DNA from: a virus
Length of the DNA: 64,000 nt
Virus record (IMG/VR): IMGVR_UViG_3300018420_002445
Coordinates: 5,974-69,973 of that record
Strand: one strand, 5' to 3'
Shown one piece after another: positions 18,635 to 27,929 of this stretch (position 1 is the first letter of the stretch; each line of letters begins with the position of its first letter). The notes beneath the pieces were generated by a model that saw nothing but the letters and a program-made list of their open reading frames with translations, made no database searches and was not told the origin of the DNA. Position numbers and translations under genes: made by a program.

Positions 18635-19899
18635 TCGTATACTTCCTTGATTTCTGGTACGATGTCTTCAAACTTTTCATCTCTATATTCATCTAGTTCG
18701 TCATTGAACTTTTTGAACTCTAGTATTCCACCTTTGTTTTCATCACCTACTGTTAAGTTATAGATGATCATTTTAAAGCCATTGTAAATGTCTACATTGT
18801 CTTTATGTTTCTCCTGATATACACGATACAGTTCTGCTAGTCTGCGTTTAACACTTTGTGGTAAGATCATTACGTTAGCATACCACGGGTTAGTCGCAAG
18901 ATTGAATCTTGGCGAAGAGTATTCAACATCAATAAAGCCATTGTCAACCATGTAATCCCAGAAGTCAGGAAAATCAAAGATGTTCCAAATGGATATCGTG
19001 GGAGTTATTTGAAATTGAGCATGTGGAACCTGCTCTTTGACCTCTCTGATATTCCTGACAATTTTTTCCCAATCGGTACCTGAACGAATGCACTCTGCGA
19101 CTTCGCCATGTGCATCTAAACTCGCCCAAATCTTCAATTGCGGAAACTTTTTCCAATACGCAATCAAGTCAACATTTTTCTTATAATTAAGTGTTGAAAA
19201 GTTTGTCGTATAGGTTAATTCTACTTGATCTGTTAGATCGTTTTCAATCCAATAATCTAAACACTCGTAATGCTCTGGAGTAATAACAATTTCTCCACCT
19301 GCAAAATAAACTTCTGTAACGTCATCTAAGTAAGGCTTAAGTTTTGACATCAACGTCATTTCATCATTGTTACTGATAACAATTTTACCTTTGTTCTTAG
19401 GGAAGTACTCATCGAATACTTCTTGTCCACGTTCATTTAAAAACTCTTGTGACCATAGTGATGAGCATGAAGGACCGCATGATCTACATTTCATATTACA
19501 TATATTACTAAAACGAATATCCATATACTTCATCTGAAACTCTTTCAGTGAGCCGTCATCGTTAGTAACATCTGCTATGTAATCAACATAGTCAAGTCCT
19601 TTACGTTTGTTATGTGACTGTCGCATAGTCCACTCGCCCATTAACTCTAAGTCATAACAACGTTTACATTCTGCTACAGGTTCATCACGCATCATCTTAG
19701 AACGTAAATCATTATACTTGTCAGAATTCATCATCTGTATAATTGATTCATCATCTCTAAGTTCTGCTGTAGGCAACTCACTGTCTGCGACACAGCAAGG
19801 CATCACACGTTTGTCTGGCCATGCATGAAAATGTACCCAGGGTAAAACACAGAAATGCTTACCGTTTTCGACTAGATTCTTTACTACGATCTTTTCCAT
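18619..19899 (-). CDS. Radical SAM protein with an N-terminal twitch/SPASM-like domain
   Basis: CVLPW...PCC...CKRC, then DIRFSNICNMKCRSC, FAGGE, YTTN and SLDA. Confidence 0.9.
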   Translation of the reverse strand: MEKIVVKNLVENGKHFCVLPWVHFHAWPDKRVMPCCVADSELPTAELRDDESIIQMMNSDKYNDLRSKMMRDEPVAECKRCYDLELMGEWTMRQSHNKRKGLDYVDYIADVTNDDGSLKEFQMKYMDIRFSNICNMKCRSCGPSCSSLWSQEFLNERGQEVFDEYFPKNKGKIVISNNDEMTLMSKLKPYLDDVTEVYFAGGEIVITPEHYECLDYWIENDLTDQVELTYTTNFSTLNYKKNVDLIAYWKKFPQLKIWASLDAHGEVAECIRSGTDWEKIVRNIREVKEQVPHAQFQITPTISIWNIFDFPDFWDYMVDNGFIDVEYSSPRFNLATNPWYANVMILPQSVKRRLAELYRVYQEKHKDNVDIYNGFKMIIYNLTVGDENKGGILEFKKFNDELDEYRDEKFEDIVPEIKEVYEWAES

Positions 19900-19900
19900 A

Positions 19901-20575
19901 TTAAAACTTTACTCCCAAAGTTATATTAAAAATACTTCTTTCTATTGGATCTTTTGTATAAACATTTTTAAGACCCACTGTTACTTTATCTGTTACACTA
20001 TAATCAAATGATGTTTCGTTTCTTATGTAATCATCTTGTCCTGATTCCCATAACAACTTATTTACAAATGTAACTTTTTTGTTTAAGTTGTATGCATACC
20101 AAAGTGATGAACGTATAATAGGTTCACTAATCTCATTTGAATTAAGGTATGCAATTGAATTTTCTATCGATGCTTTGTGATTTTCTGTTCTGAAAATTTT
20201 ATATCCATGACCCATACCTATTACGATTCTATCATTGTTATCTCTAAATTCATCGTAATCATAACTGGTAGATCCTATTACATAATGCTTTTCAGTTATA
20301 GTTCTAATTGCTTTACCACTAGTTCTAAACTTATTAATTGTTTGCTCACTGTCTTCTGATTTGTAGGCATAGTCTGCATCAAATACTCCCTGCCATATAT
20401 CTGATTCCCATTTATGATCAAACGATCCTGTGAATACAATTGACTCATCGATGTTAACAAACGTTCCACCGACTTTTGCTTTTGTTTCTGCTGATGCAGT
20501 AGGCGCTAATATAATCATTGCGGCAACTGCAAGTAATATAGTCATATCTCCTATAAATTTTAATTTCTTTTTCAT
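19901..20575 (-). CDS. Outer-membrane beta-barrel protein, DUF481/YdiY-like
   Basis: Signal peptide ending ASA, alternating aromatic beta-strands (YDYDEF, GMGHGYKI) and C-terminal ITLGVKF (BAM beta-signal). Confidence 0.75.
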   Translation of the reverse strand: MKKKLKFIGDMTILLAVAAMIILAPTASAETKAKVGGTFVNIDESIVFTGSFDHKWESDIWQGVFDADYAYKSEDSEQTINKFRTSGKAIRTITEKHYVIGSTSYDYDEFRDNNDRIVIGMGHGYKIFRTENHKASIENSIAYLNSNEISEPIIRSSLWYAYNLNKKVTFVNKLLWESGQDDYIRNETSFDYSVTDKVTVGLKNVYTKDPIERSIFNITLGVKF

Positions 20576-21822
20576 TCTTCTAAATCTCGTAAACTATTGA
20601 GTTCTGGAAACACACTCCAGAAGTCCTCATCTCTTATTTTATCTATGGACGCAGTGTGTTGCATCATAATCTTTTTGTTATCTTGCCATGTATTATCTTC
20701 ATTAGCAAAATTAACTGCATCTCTAATTAAACGTGATAAACTTGTCTTGTCACCTTCAAACTTGTCAGCAAACTTTAAAGCATTCTCTGCCGCTGGTCCC
20801 TTCATTGCAGTAGGTAAACTCTTAGCACTATAGTAACTAGGATGCACAGCAAGATATAAACTATGATACCAATCTTCTGCTCTTACAATATTCTTATCTT
20901 TAAGATATTGATAAAACTCACCGATCATTGGGTAATTAAACATAGAGAATACTGTGTTCATTTGAAATGTTACGTAATCTAAATCTCTGAATGTAAGTAA
21001 GTTGTTTTCTACTACACCCCAGTCTGTTCCTTTACGTAACCATTCTGCTCTTTCGCCATAATGATCAACTGAACAACTTAACTCAATATTATCAAAGTGT
21101 TTCCAAAGTTCTAATATATCATGCTTCTTATATTTAATATTACTTGCGTTAGTATTATACCTTAAGACAGGTTTTTTACCACGTCTAATAAATTCTTCTA
21201 ACATGACATAATGTTCGTCTGTAATAAGTGGCTCTCCACCTGCAAAATAACATAAGTCAATATTGTCAATGTGTTCTAGTGTTTCTTCTAGTACTGTTCC
21301 TGTTTGATCGTCTGCATGTATTAAGATAGGATGTTTAGGATCGTGGTTGGCTCGCATCTCTGCTCCCCATTGCGAACTAAACTCACTGCCACATGTGCGA
21401 CATTTGAAATTACATATATTAGAGAACCTAATATCAAAGTAATGCATTCTAAAGTCATCTACTGTTCCGTCTGCTTTTGTCTGTGGTACTAATTCATCGA
21501 ATCGTTTACCAAAATGTTCTTTAGAATAGTTTCTAAAACTATGTGGACCTGCTTCTTCATGTTTGTAGCAGAAATCACATACACTATTCTTTTTATCGTT
21601 TAGCATATCTAAACGTAATTGTTTCATTTTGTCATTGTTAAATGCTTCTTTCAATGATGTTTCTTTTGTGTTGCCAAATGGTTGTGTATAGTCATTAGAA
21701 CAACAAGGATAGATATCTCCTTTAGGTGTCACGTTTAAATGCAACCAAGGAAACATACAGAATGTTTTACTTTCTTCTAATAAGTAAGTTTTGTCTACTA
21801 TTGGTATACGTTCATTGCTCAT
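20572..21822 (-). CDS. Radical SAM protein with an N-terminal twitch/SPASM-like domain
   Basis: CMFPW...PCC...CDFC, DIRFSNICNFKCRTC, FAGGEP and YNTN. Confidence 0.9.
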   Translation of the reverse strand: MSNERIPIVDKTYLLEESKTFCMFPWLHLNVTPKGDIYPCCSNDYTQPFGNTKETSLKEAFNNDKMKQLRLDMLNDKKNSVCDFCYKHEEAGPHSFRNYSKEHFGKRFDELVPQTKADGTVDDFRMHYFDIRFSNICNFKCRTCGSEFSSQWGAEMRANHDPKHPILIHADDQTGTVLEETLEHIDNIDLCYFAGGEPLITDEHYVMLEEFIRRGKKPVLRYNTNASNIKYKKHDILELWKHFDNIELSCSVDHYGERAEWLRKGTDWGVVENNLLTFRDLDYVTFQMNTVFSMFNYPMIGEFYQYLKDKNIVRAEDWYHSLYLAVHPSYYSAKSLPTAMKGPAAENALKFADKFEGDKTSLSRLIRDAVNFANEDNTWQDNKKIMMQHTASIDKIRDEDFWSVFPELNSLRDLEE

Positions 21823-23141
21823 GGTCGCAACGCCTTTGGTACTTTATACAATGCTGCCAACTCAGGGAAAGTAGTTAAAAAGTCTTCTCCCCTTAACGCA
21901 TCTATTCTTTTTATTTCTTCTTTAAACTCTACTTCTCTTTCGTTCCAAGTATCTTTAGACATTAACCATGGAATAACCTGTTGTATTTCATTTATCTGTT
22001 CTTGTCTAAAGTTTAAATCTTTCATGTAATGCATAGTTAAATGCAACTGTTCTAGTGCTTGTTCTTTATAGCCGTCAGGCAATACATGTGAAGATAAGTG
22101 TTCTGGTGATCCCATGCTATAGAGAGTCCACACAGAACTCTCAGGCGTATAAAAATGATTGTCTATCATATACTTGTAAAAGTGAGAAATAGTCAATGCA
22201 TTGAATATACTGTACACAGTATTCACCTGAAAATTAACATTCTTTGCTTTCTTTAATTTTTTTAAATTTGTTTCAATTGTTTTCCATTTAGTTCCGTGTC
22301 TAATGTATTCTGCCTTTTCTCCCATATGATCAATTGATGCATAAATTTGAACTGGCTGTTCAAAATGGTCCCATAGTTTAAAAATATCACGTTTCTTATA
22401 TTTAAAATTAGATATGTTTGTATTATACCTTAATTGAATATCTGTTTTCTTTTTCTTAATCATCTCATCAATTAACATATAATGTTCATCAGTGATTAAT
22501 GGCTCTCCACCTGCAAAGTATGCAACTTCAAAATTGGGAACTTGTTTTAATACTTCTAATATAAATTCTTCTCTGTTGCCTTTTTCTAACTCTATAGCAT
22601 ACATAGGCAACCCTGTTTGCTCACGTGATTCTAAATCTTCTTGTTCCCATTTAGAACTAAATGCACTGCCGCATGTACGACATTTAAAGTTGCAAATGTT
22701 ACTAAAACGAATATCAAAATATCTCATACGAAAGTTTACAATTCTTCCTGTATTCATATCTGTTGTTTCAATTACATCGTTAAAGTAATCAGCCCATGCT
22801 TCGTTGCTTTGTGTTCTGAAACTTGGTACACCCTGATCATCATGTTTATGGCAATTCGCACATTCAGGATTTTTGTTTCCTTTTAACATATCTAAACGCA
22901 ACTTCTTCATTTTAGGAGAGTTAACTAAGTCTGCAAGACTGCTACGATTAGAGTTACCAACGCCCTGATTGTCTGCACATGATTTTGAGATGCAACAAGG
23001 AGCACCTTGTCCTGTGGGTGTAGTATGCATGTGTACCCATGGAATCATGCAGAAAGTTTCTGATCTATTAAGAAGCAAATCTTTTAGAAAGATTGCCTGC
23101 TTCTTATCTACAGCGGGTTTGTTAGGCTTACTTGCTGGCAT
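21819..23141 (-). CDS. Radical SAM protein with an N-terminal twitch/SPASM-like domain
   Basis: CMIPW...PCC...CANC, DIRFSNICNFKCRTC and FAGGEPLITDEHY (the same string occurs in 20572..21822). Confidence 0.9.
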   Translation of the reverse strand: MPASKPNKPAVDKKQAIFLKDLLLNRSETFCMIPWVHMHTTPTGQGAPCCISKSCADNQGVGNSNRSSLADLVNSPKMKKLRLDMLKGNKNPECANCHKHDDQGVPSFRTQSNEAWADYFNDVIETTDMNTGRIVNFRMRYFDIRFSNICNFKCRTCGSAFSSKWEQEDLESREQTGLPMYAIELEKGNREEFILEVLKQVPNFEVAYFAGGEPLITDEHYMLIDEMIKKKKTDIQLRYNTNISNFKYKKRDIFKLWDHFEQPVQIYASIDHMGEKAEYIRHGTKWKTIETNLKKLKKAKNVNFQVNTVYSIFNALTISHFYKYMIDNHFYTPESSVWTLYSMGSPEHLSSHVLPDGYKEQALEQLHLTMHYMKDLNFRQEQINEIQQVIPWLMSKDTWNEREVEFKEEIKRIDALRGEDFLTTFPELAALYKVPKALRP

Positions 23142-24508
23142 AATTTATAAAAATCCATATACTCTGGATACACTGTTAATATATCTGTTTCTCTACGATC
23201 ATCTAGTTCGTTAAAGAAGTTGTAAAAATCTCTTCTACCTTCAATTAATTTGTCTTCGTCATAATGTGTATTTTCCATATAATCAACGACACGTTTGAAC
23301 TTTTCATATTCTATTGTAGTAAACTTATCACTACGTTCATTATCTACGTTGTCTTCGATAAACTTAAGTGACTCGTACATGTAAGGCATGAATTCTTCTT
23401 TAGGTAAAATATTCATATCATACTGTAAAGGTTCTTTCAAGTATGGAGTATCAAATCTAACTCTGTGTTTATCTTCTGACTTCCAATCGTACCATCCATA
23501 GATCGCACGCCATTCTAAAAACTTTTCTAATAGACTTTTAAAGTCTGTTACTGCTAACAAATTAAAAGTACACATAAATGTAACAGGAGAGTCTGTCTCT
23601 GTTAGATACGTATGTAAGTTCTGTTGAAAGAGTTCCAAGTCTAGTCCAGTTCTAATATATTCTGCTCGTTCTCCCCAGCAGTCTAAACTAGTAAACAATT
23701 TAAAACTTTCTAGTTTTTCTTCGTCACACAATTTCTTTACAGAACTACTTAGTTTTTTTACTAATGCATTTTTTGTACCTAAGTTACTGTTTACATTAAG
23801 TTCTAACCAAGGCATAGGTTCTTCATCGATTTGTTTTAGCAGTCTCCATGTTGATGTATGCATTGTTGGTTCTCCACCTGTTACACGTAAGATATTTAAG
23901 TCTTTACGCATAGATGGCCACCACTCCCAAAACGCATCAACATATGGATTTTCTTCTTCACGTTCAAACAGTTTCATCCAATCAACATCATTTCTATGGT
24001 TCTTTACAGTTTCAACTGGACCGAATTGTTTAATCTCACTGTGATAACTTGATGAATACTTTGGATGACAATAACCACATTTAAAGTTACACTCATTACC
24101 AAAGTTAATTTCTAAATATTCTGGATTAATATTTTGATCCCAAGGGCCATTAAGTGCTTGATCGAATCTTTCTTCTGTGAAAATAGAACCGTTACGAATA
24201 TGTCTGTCTGAAATATAATCAGGACCCATGTCTTCAACATTCCAGCAATATTGACAACCTTCTGGTCTCTCACCTGCTAACATTTGTTTGCGTTCCATTT
24301 TCTTTTCCCAAGTATTATGTAATGCACTTGGGTTATCTTTTAATTCATGTAATGGAATTTTGTGTGGGCGAGGATGATAACAACTATGCGTTTCACCTGT
24401 TTGTAAGTACATAGTAACATGTTGCCATTTAGCCAAACAGAATGAAGGCGTTGCTTCATTTTCAACTCTTATCTGAATTGTTTTTATTCTATCTGTTTCT
24501 TTGGACAT
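23108..24508 (-). CDS. Radical SAM protein with an N-terminal Cys-rich domain
   Basis: CLAKW...SCYH...CQYC, CNFKCGYC, TGGEP and NSNL. Confidence 0.88.
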   Translation of the reverse strand: MSKETDRIKTIQIRVENEATPSFCLAKWQHVTMYLQTGETHSCYHPRPHKIPLHELKDNPSALHNTWEKKMERKQMLAGERPEGCQYCWNVEDMGPDYISDRHIRNGSIFTEERFDQALNGPWDQNINPEYLEINFGNECNFKCGYCHPKYSSSYHSEIKQFGPVETVKNHRNDVDWMKLFEREEENPYVDAFWEWWPSMRKDLNILRVTGGEPTMHTSTWRLLKQIDEEPMPWLELNVNSNLGTKNALVKKLSSSVKKLCDEEKLESFKLFTSLDCWGERAEYIRTGLDLELFQQNLHTYLTETDSPVTFMCTFNLLAVTDFKSLLEKFLEWRAIYGWYDWKSEDKHRVRFDTPYLKEPLQYDMNILPKEEFMPYMYESLKFIEDNVDNERSDKFTTIEYEKFKRVVDYMENTHYDEDKLIEGRRDFYNFFNELDDRRETDILTVYPEYMDFYKLCQQVSLTNPL

Positions 24509-25467
24509 TACCAGCCCTCTATTTCTCTGATAATCTCCATCTCTGTCACTAGGGGACCTAGGTTTCTTTTATCTGCGTTATAATGCCTTTTGAAAAACTT
24601 TGATTGTTCAGCATCAAGCATGTTCATGGGTAAGCCCAACTTGGCTTTTAGTTCTACCCCAATTTCTTTTGCGGCTTCGATTGGGTCATTGTTCATATGC
24701 TGTTCCCACATATTCGGATAGTTATCAAACCATTGAATGTCTGTGTGTTCAAAATCTGTTAACATTGTCATATATGTTCCCAATCTTGCGCCGTATATTG
24801 CCCAGTCACCGTTCTCTGCATCTAAGCCTACATTCTGCCATATAGTTAGATTGTTTAAATTTTTATCTGCTACTCTACCTTTAAACTCATCTACAGTTAC
24901 TAATGCTCCGCGGTCTAATACCATCTTTACGCCTTCTCTAAAACCAGCACGCCATGCTTGGAATGCTGATTTGTTAGGGTAAGTAGTTGAGTAGCAATCA
25001 TACATTGCCCAGTACAATGAGTCTGCTGAGTTCATCATAAAATCAACTTGAGTTGCTTCAGAACCGTCAGTATGTTCATGCGTAGTCATATTCTCTACAT
25101 AAGTTTTAGTCCATGAACTCATTCCACCGTTGCCATAACGCAAACCATTAATATTGTTGATTGACTTCCATCTAAACTGTGCTTGTTGATATCTTGGGTC
25201 TTTATCTGTGAAATCTAGTTGAATGTTAAAGAAATCTTCTTCTGGTAAAGTGTCACCATCGATAAGAATAAATCTTTCCGTTTCACTTAACTCACCTGCG
25301 GCTTTGTGAGCCGCATCACTTCCTAATACGCCGTCAACTCTTTGAGCCCACGGAACCATGTTTTTAACTTGTACCCAAAATTCTTCTTTTTGTGGTTCAT
25401 CGTAACTTAAATAAATTACATCTAAGTCTGCAATATCAACAATATTACTCATCAAATTTCTTTTCAC
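24508..25467 (-). CDS. GT-A fold (GT2-like) glycosyltransferase-like protein; likely start ATG 25452
   Basis: DVIYLSYDEP, GVLGSDAAH, FILIDGD (DxD), YGNGG and QAWRAGFREGVKM. Confidence 0.6.
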   Translation of the reverse strand: MKRNLMSNIVDIADLDVIYLSYDEPQKEEFWVQVKNMVPWAQRVDGVLGSDAAHKAAGELSETERFILIDGDTLPEEDFFNIQLDFTDKDPRYQQAQFRWKSINNINGLRYGNGGMSSWTKTYVENMTTHEHTDGSEATQVDFMMNSADSLYWAMYDCYSTTYPNKSAFQAWRAGFREGVKMVLDRGALVTVDEFKGRVADKNLNNLTIWQNVGLDAENGDWAIYGARLGTYMTMLTDFEHTDIQWFDNYPNMWEQHMNNDPIEAAKEIGVELKAKLGLPMNMLDAEQSKFFKRHYNADKRNLGPLVTEMEIIREIEGW

Positions 25468-25600
25468 CTCTGGAATAACTATCTTCAGGATTTATTTCGG
25501 CATCAGCATTTATAAATCGCATACGTTGAATTAAATCCCAATTGACATCTTTCCAATTTTCGTTAACACTTGTGTATTCTTCGTTATTAGATTTCTTCAC
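25445..25600 (-). CDS. Uncalled 51-aa protein
   Basis: GTG start with GGAG SD; MKKSNNEEYTSVNENWKDVNWDLIQRMRFINADAEINPEDSYSRGEKKFDE*. It overlaps both neighbours and fills the gap. Confidence 0.6.
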   Translation of the reverse strand: MKKSNNEEYTSVNENWKDVNWDLIQRMRFINADAEINPEDSYSRGEKKFDE

Positions 25601-25915
25601 TGAATAACTCCCAATATCTACCTTTAGATTTATTTGTTACTAGTATACTTATATCATCTACAGAAGCCAGTACACCTGATGTACTAGGCTTATATTTTTG
25701 TACACCCGCTTTACGTCTATTACGTGTAATACGACCATCGATCACTTTGATGTCAGGTCTGGCTTCTGCAAATACTCCGGCGTCGATGACTATGAAATTG
25801 CCCTCAGGCTTTTCACATGTATAAAAGTCAACGGTGCCGTCTTCTTTATAGTACAATCTAAACTCGGGATCCTCAATCTTGGGTGCTTCCCAAACAGTGA
25901 TGTATTCTTCGTTAT
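25573..25915. repeat. 15-bp direct repeat TGTATTCTTCGTTAT (25573-25587 and 25901-25915)
   Basis: Exact match read from the sequence; each copy encodes NEEY near the N-terminus of adjacent ORFs. Confidence 0.7.
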
Positions 25916-25943
25916 CAGTCGGGCTGTGTTTTTCATCACTCAT
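25587..25943 (-). CDS. Hypothetical protein
   Basis: 118-aa ORF with ATGA coupling to the upstream gene. Confidence 0.7.
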   Translation of the reverse strand: MSDEKHSPTDNEEYITVWEAPKIEDPEFRLYYKEDGTVDFYTCEKPEGNFIVIDAGVFAEARPDIKVIDGRITRNRRKAGVQKYKPSTSGVLASVDDISILVTNKSKGRYWELFSEEI

Positions 25944-26737
25944 TGAATCGACTCCTTTATTTTATCAGAAAATGATTTGATATGATAGTGAAAAGGATAC
26001 GTCTGTGGGATTGTATTCACTCTCAATGTATGTGGATAAATCTCATATACAAAAGTATCAGTCCATTTTTCTGATGCAGTACCATTAATAAATTGCTTCA
26101 TGTGTATCATTGAAAATTCTTTAAAAGTTGGTAGTGTAGACTTTTCAACTCCTATAACATGACACGCATAAGCATAAACCCAGTCAGTCGTTGCTGGCTC
26201 ATCTGGGTTACATTGAAGTGTGTCTCTAAACTCACTCCAATTCTCAAAGACATGTCTTACGATGTCAAAAAATTCTTTTGCTGTTTCTGACTTTTTAAAA
26301 TAAGTTATAGCATTATATACGTCTGGCAGTTCATTATCGTCTATAAACCTACGGTAGGTGCGTACATGCGATATATTTTGTTTAAAGTCACGTATATGTG
26401 TAGAGACAACTAAGTCTCTTTGTTTCAGTATATCCCACCAATAGTCTATTGATGTTGGGACATATAAATCTGCTTCTAGTTTAATTGTGTGTTTATAAGG
26501 ACTTGCTTCATACACTTGCCAATCGTTAATAAGTTTCCAATCACTGTCGGGTTCTAAGTCTCCATAGGGCAATGGAATAACTTTATGAAATGCTTTGCAC
26601 TTTGTTTTGTCATCAGAGATTAAAGATACTTTTGCATCTGGCATCACTCTCATAATAGACTCTGCTAATTGTTCGGCACATTGGACATAGTTGACATCGG
26701 CAGTGTTTTGTGCTAATATAACGAAACCCTTATCCAT
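25940..26737 (-). CDS. GT-A fold nucleotide-diphospho-sugar transferase-like protein (ExD variant)
   Basis: KGFVILAQN, YEASPYKHTIKLEADL, YFKKS and FHYH; paralogue of 26730..27596. Confidence 0.6.
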   Translation of the reverse strand: MDKGFVILAQNTADVNYVQCAEQLAESIMRVMPDAKVSLISDDKTKCKAFHKVIPLPYGDLEPDSDWKLINDWQVYEASPYKHTIKLEADLYVPTSIDYWWDILKQRDLVVSTHIRDFKQNISHVRTYRRFIDDNELPDVYNAITYFKKSETAKEFFDIVRHVFENWSEFRDTLQCNPDEPATTDWVYAYACHVIGVEKSTLPTFKEFSMIHMKQFINGTASEKWTDTFVYEIYPHTLRVNTIPQTYPFHYHIKSFSDKIKESIQ

Positions 26738-27596
26738 TCATAATCCCCACAAATAAATCTTTGTTCATAACATGAAAGTCCATGTCTTTGATTAACATAT
26801 ATTCTTTTCTAACTTTGCTTTTCTTCCAATGATCAAACATGATTGTAAATTCTGTGTTAAAGTCATATACGTTACCGTCACAAGGTACTTGTACATCTAT
26901 TTGATTTGGATATACAGAAGTATTCTTACCTACATGAATTAAGTTCCATGGTATATAATCACTTGGTACATCTGTGTGACCATTGACAATCTTAAGTGCT
27001 ATCGTTAATCCATAGTCATTACGATATACTCCGCCAATAAAACTATGAATGCCTGCATAGTGTTCATAATTGTTTTGTACCATTTCTAAAGTTTCAAAGA
27101 TTTGTTTTGCACGTTCAGACTTTTTAAACATAATTACAGTTGCCCATAATGTTTCGTATGTATAACCCATCTTTTCTTGTGCCGCTTCTGGATGCATGAG
27201 CATATGCGTATTGCTATGACAACAAAACGTGTCAGATAAATCAAATGTTTTTAGTAGTGTATCAGAATTGACAAGATAGTCAACATCTATTACTAGAGTT
27301 TCATCATAAGGACTAAGTTCATATGCTTGATAACGTCCTTTGTTGATCCAAGATGTTTGATCTTTAATATTAGTTAAATCAGGCTCGACTTCAACGACAC
27401 CATCAAAAACTTTTCTATCGTCTAAAATAGTTTTATAAGTGTCTACGTCTGTAATTAAAGTTGTAGGTAAATCTAAGAATGCCTTAACTCTTTTTGCAGT
27501 ATATACGGCCATATCGGCATAATTATATTTGCTAGAATTAAATGCAAATAAAACTACGCCTCTAGTTTTTACCTCTTTCGTTCTAGTTCTTTCCAT
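26730..27596 (-). CDS. GT-A fold nucleotide-diphospho-sugar transferase-like protein (GT8-like)
   Basis: RGVVLFAFN, YELSPYDETLVIDVDY (DxD), WATVIMFKKS, RNDY and HVMNK. Confidence 0.65.
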   Translation of the reverse strand: MERTRTKEVKTRGVVLFAFNSSKYNYADMAVYTAKRVKAFLDLPTTLITDVDTYKTILDDRKVFDGVVEVEPDLTNIKDQTSWINKGRYQAYELSPYDETLVIDVDYLVNSDTLLKTFDLSDTFCCHSNTHMLMHPEAAQEKMGYTYETLWATVIMFKKSERAKQIFETLEMVQNNYEHYAGIHSFIGGVYRNDYGLTIALKIVNGHTDVPSDYIPWNLIHVGKNTSVYPNQIDVQVPCDGNVYDFNTEFTIMFDHWKKSKVRKEYMLIKDMDFHVMNKDLFVGIMNG

Positions 27597-27892
27597 TCAC
27601 TGTTCCACTCAGTCATTACGTTAGTATATGTTGTAGTAAGAGATTCTAATAATTTCAGTCTATCTACTTTTACTGGATTATCAAACGTGTCTATAACGAC
27701 AAGAGTTTCATCAGAGAATGAATTAAGAAAGCCTATAGTTTGAGCATCGGCATTCCACAAACCGCCTTGTTCTGCAATGACAAGTTTGCTCTTATATTTT
27801 TCTTGTAGGTATGCTTTGGCTGAATTATGACTGAATCTAGCCTTTGCATCTTTGATTAATTTTGTTGTATCCATAGTAAATAATACTCCCAT
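27569..27892 (-). CDS. Hypothetical protein; likely start ATG 27874
   Basis: TAAATA box at 27896-27901 and GGGAG SD precede ATG 27874. Confidence 0.7.
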   Translation of the reverse strand: MGVLFTMDTTKLIKDAKARFSHNSAKAYLQEKYKSKLVIAEQGGLWNADAQTIGFLNSFSDETLVVIDTFDNPVKVDRLKLLESLTTTYTNVMTEWNSEWKELERKR

Positions 27893-27929
27893 GAGTATTT
27901 AGATGGATTTCAAAGTGGCTGAAAAAAAC

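Noticed and set aside
17621-25600. Canonical RiPP cluster
   Set aside because: No RRE/PqqD domain, peptidase or ABC exporter was seen, and sugar enzymes dominate. It is kept only as a weak alternative.
1-27892. Interpretation as a bacterial biosynthetic cluster or O-antigen locus
   Set aside because: The region is continuous with phage structural genes and shares their upstream box. It lacks transporters, flippase/polymerase, regulators and housekeeping genes.
1-27892. Interpretation as a DNA hypermodification cluster
   Set aside because: No thymidylate-synthase-like, nucleotide kinase, DNA transglycosylase or Que/7-deazaguanine genes were recognised, and the linkage is to late tail genes. 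This is disfavoured rather than excluded.
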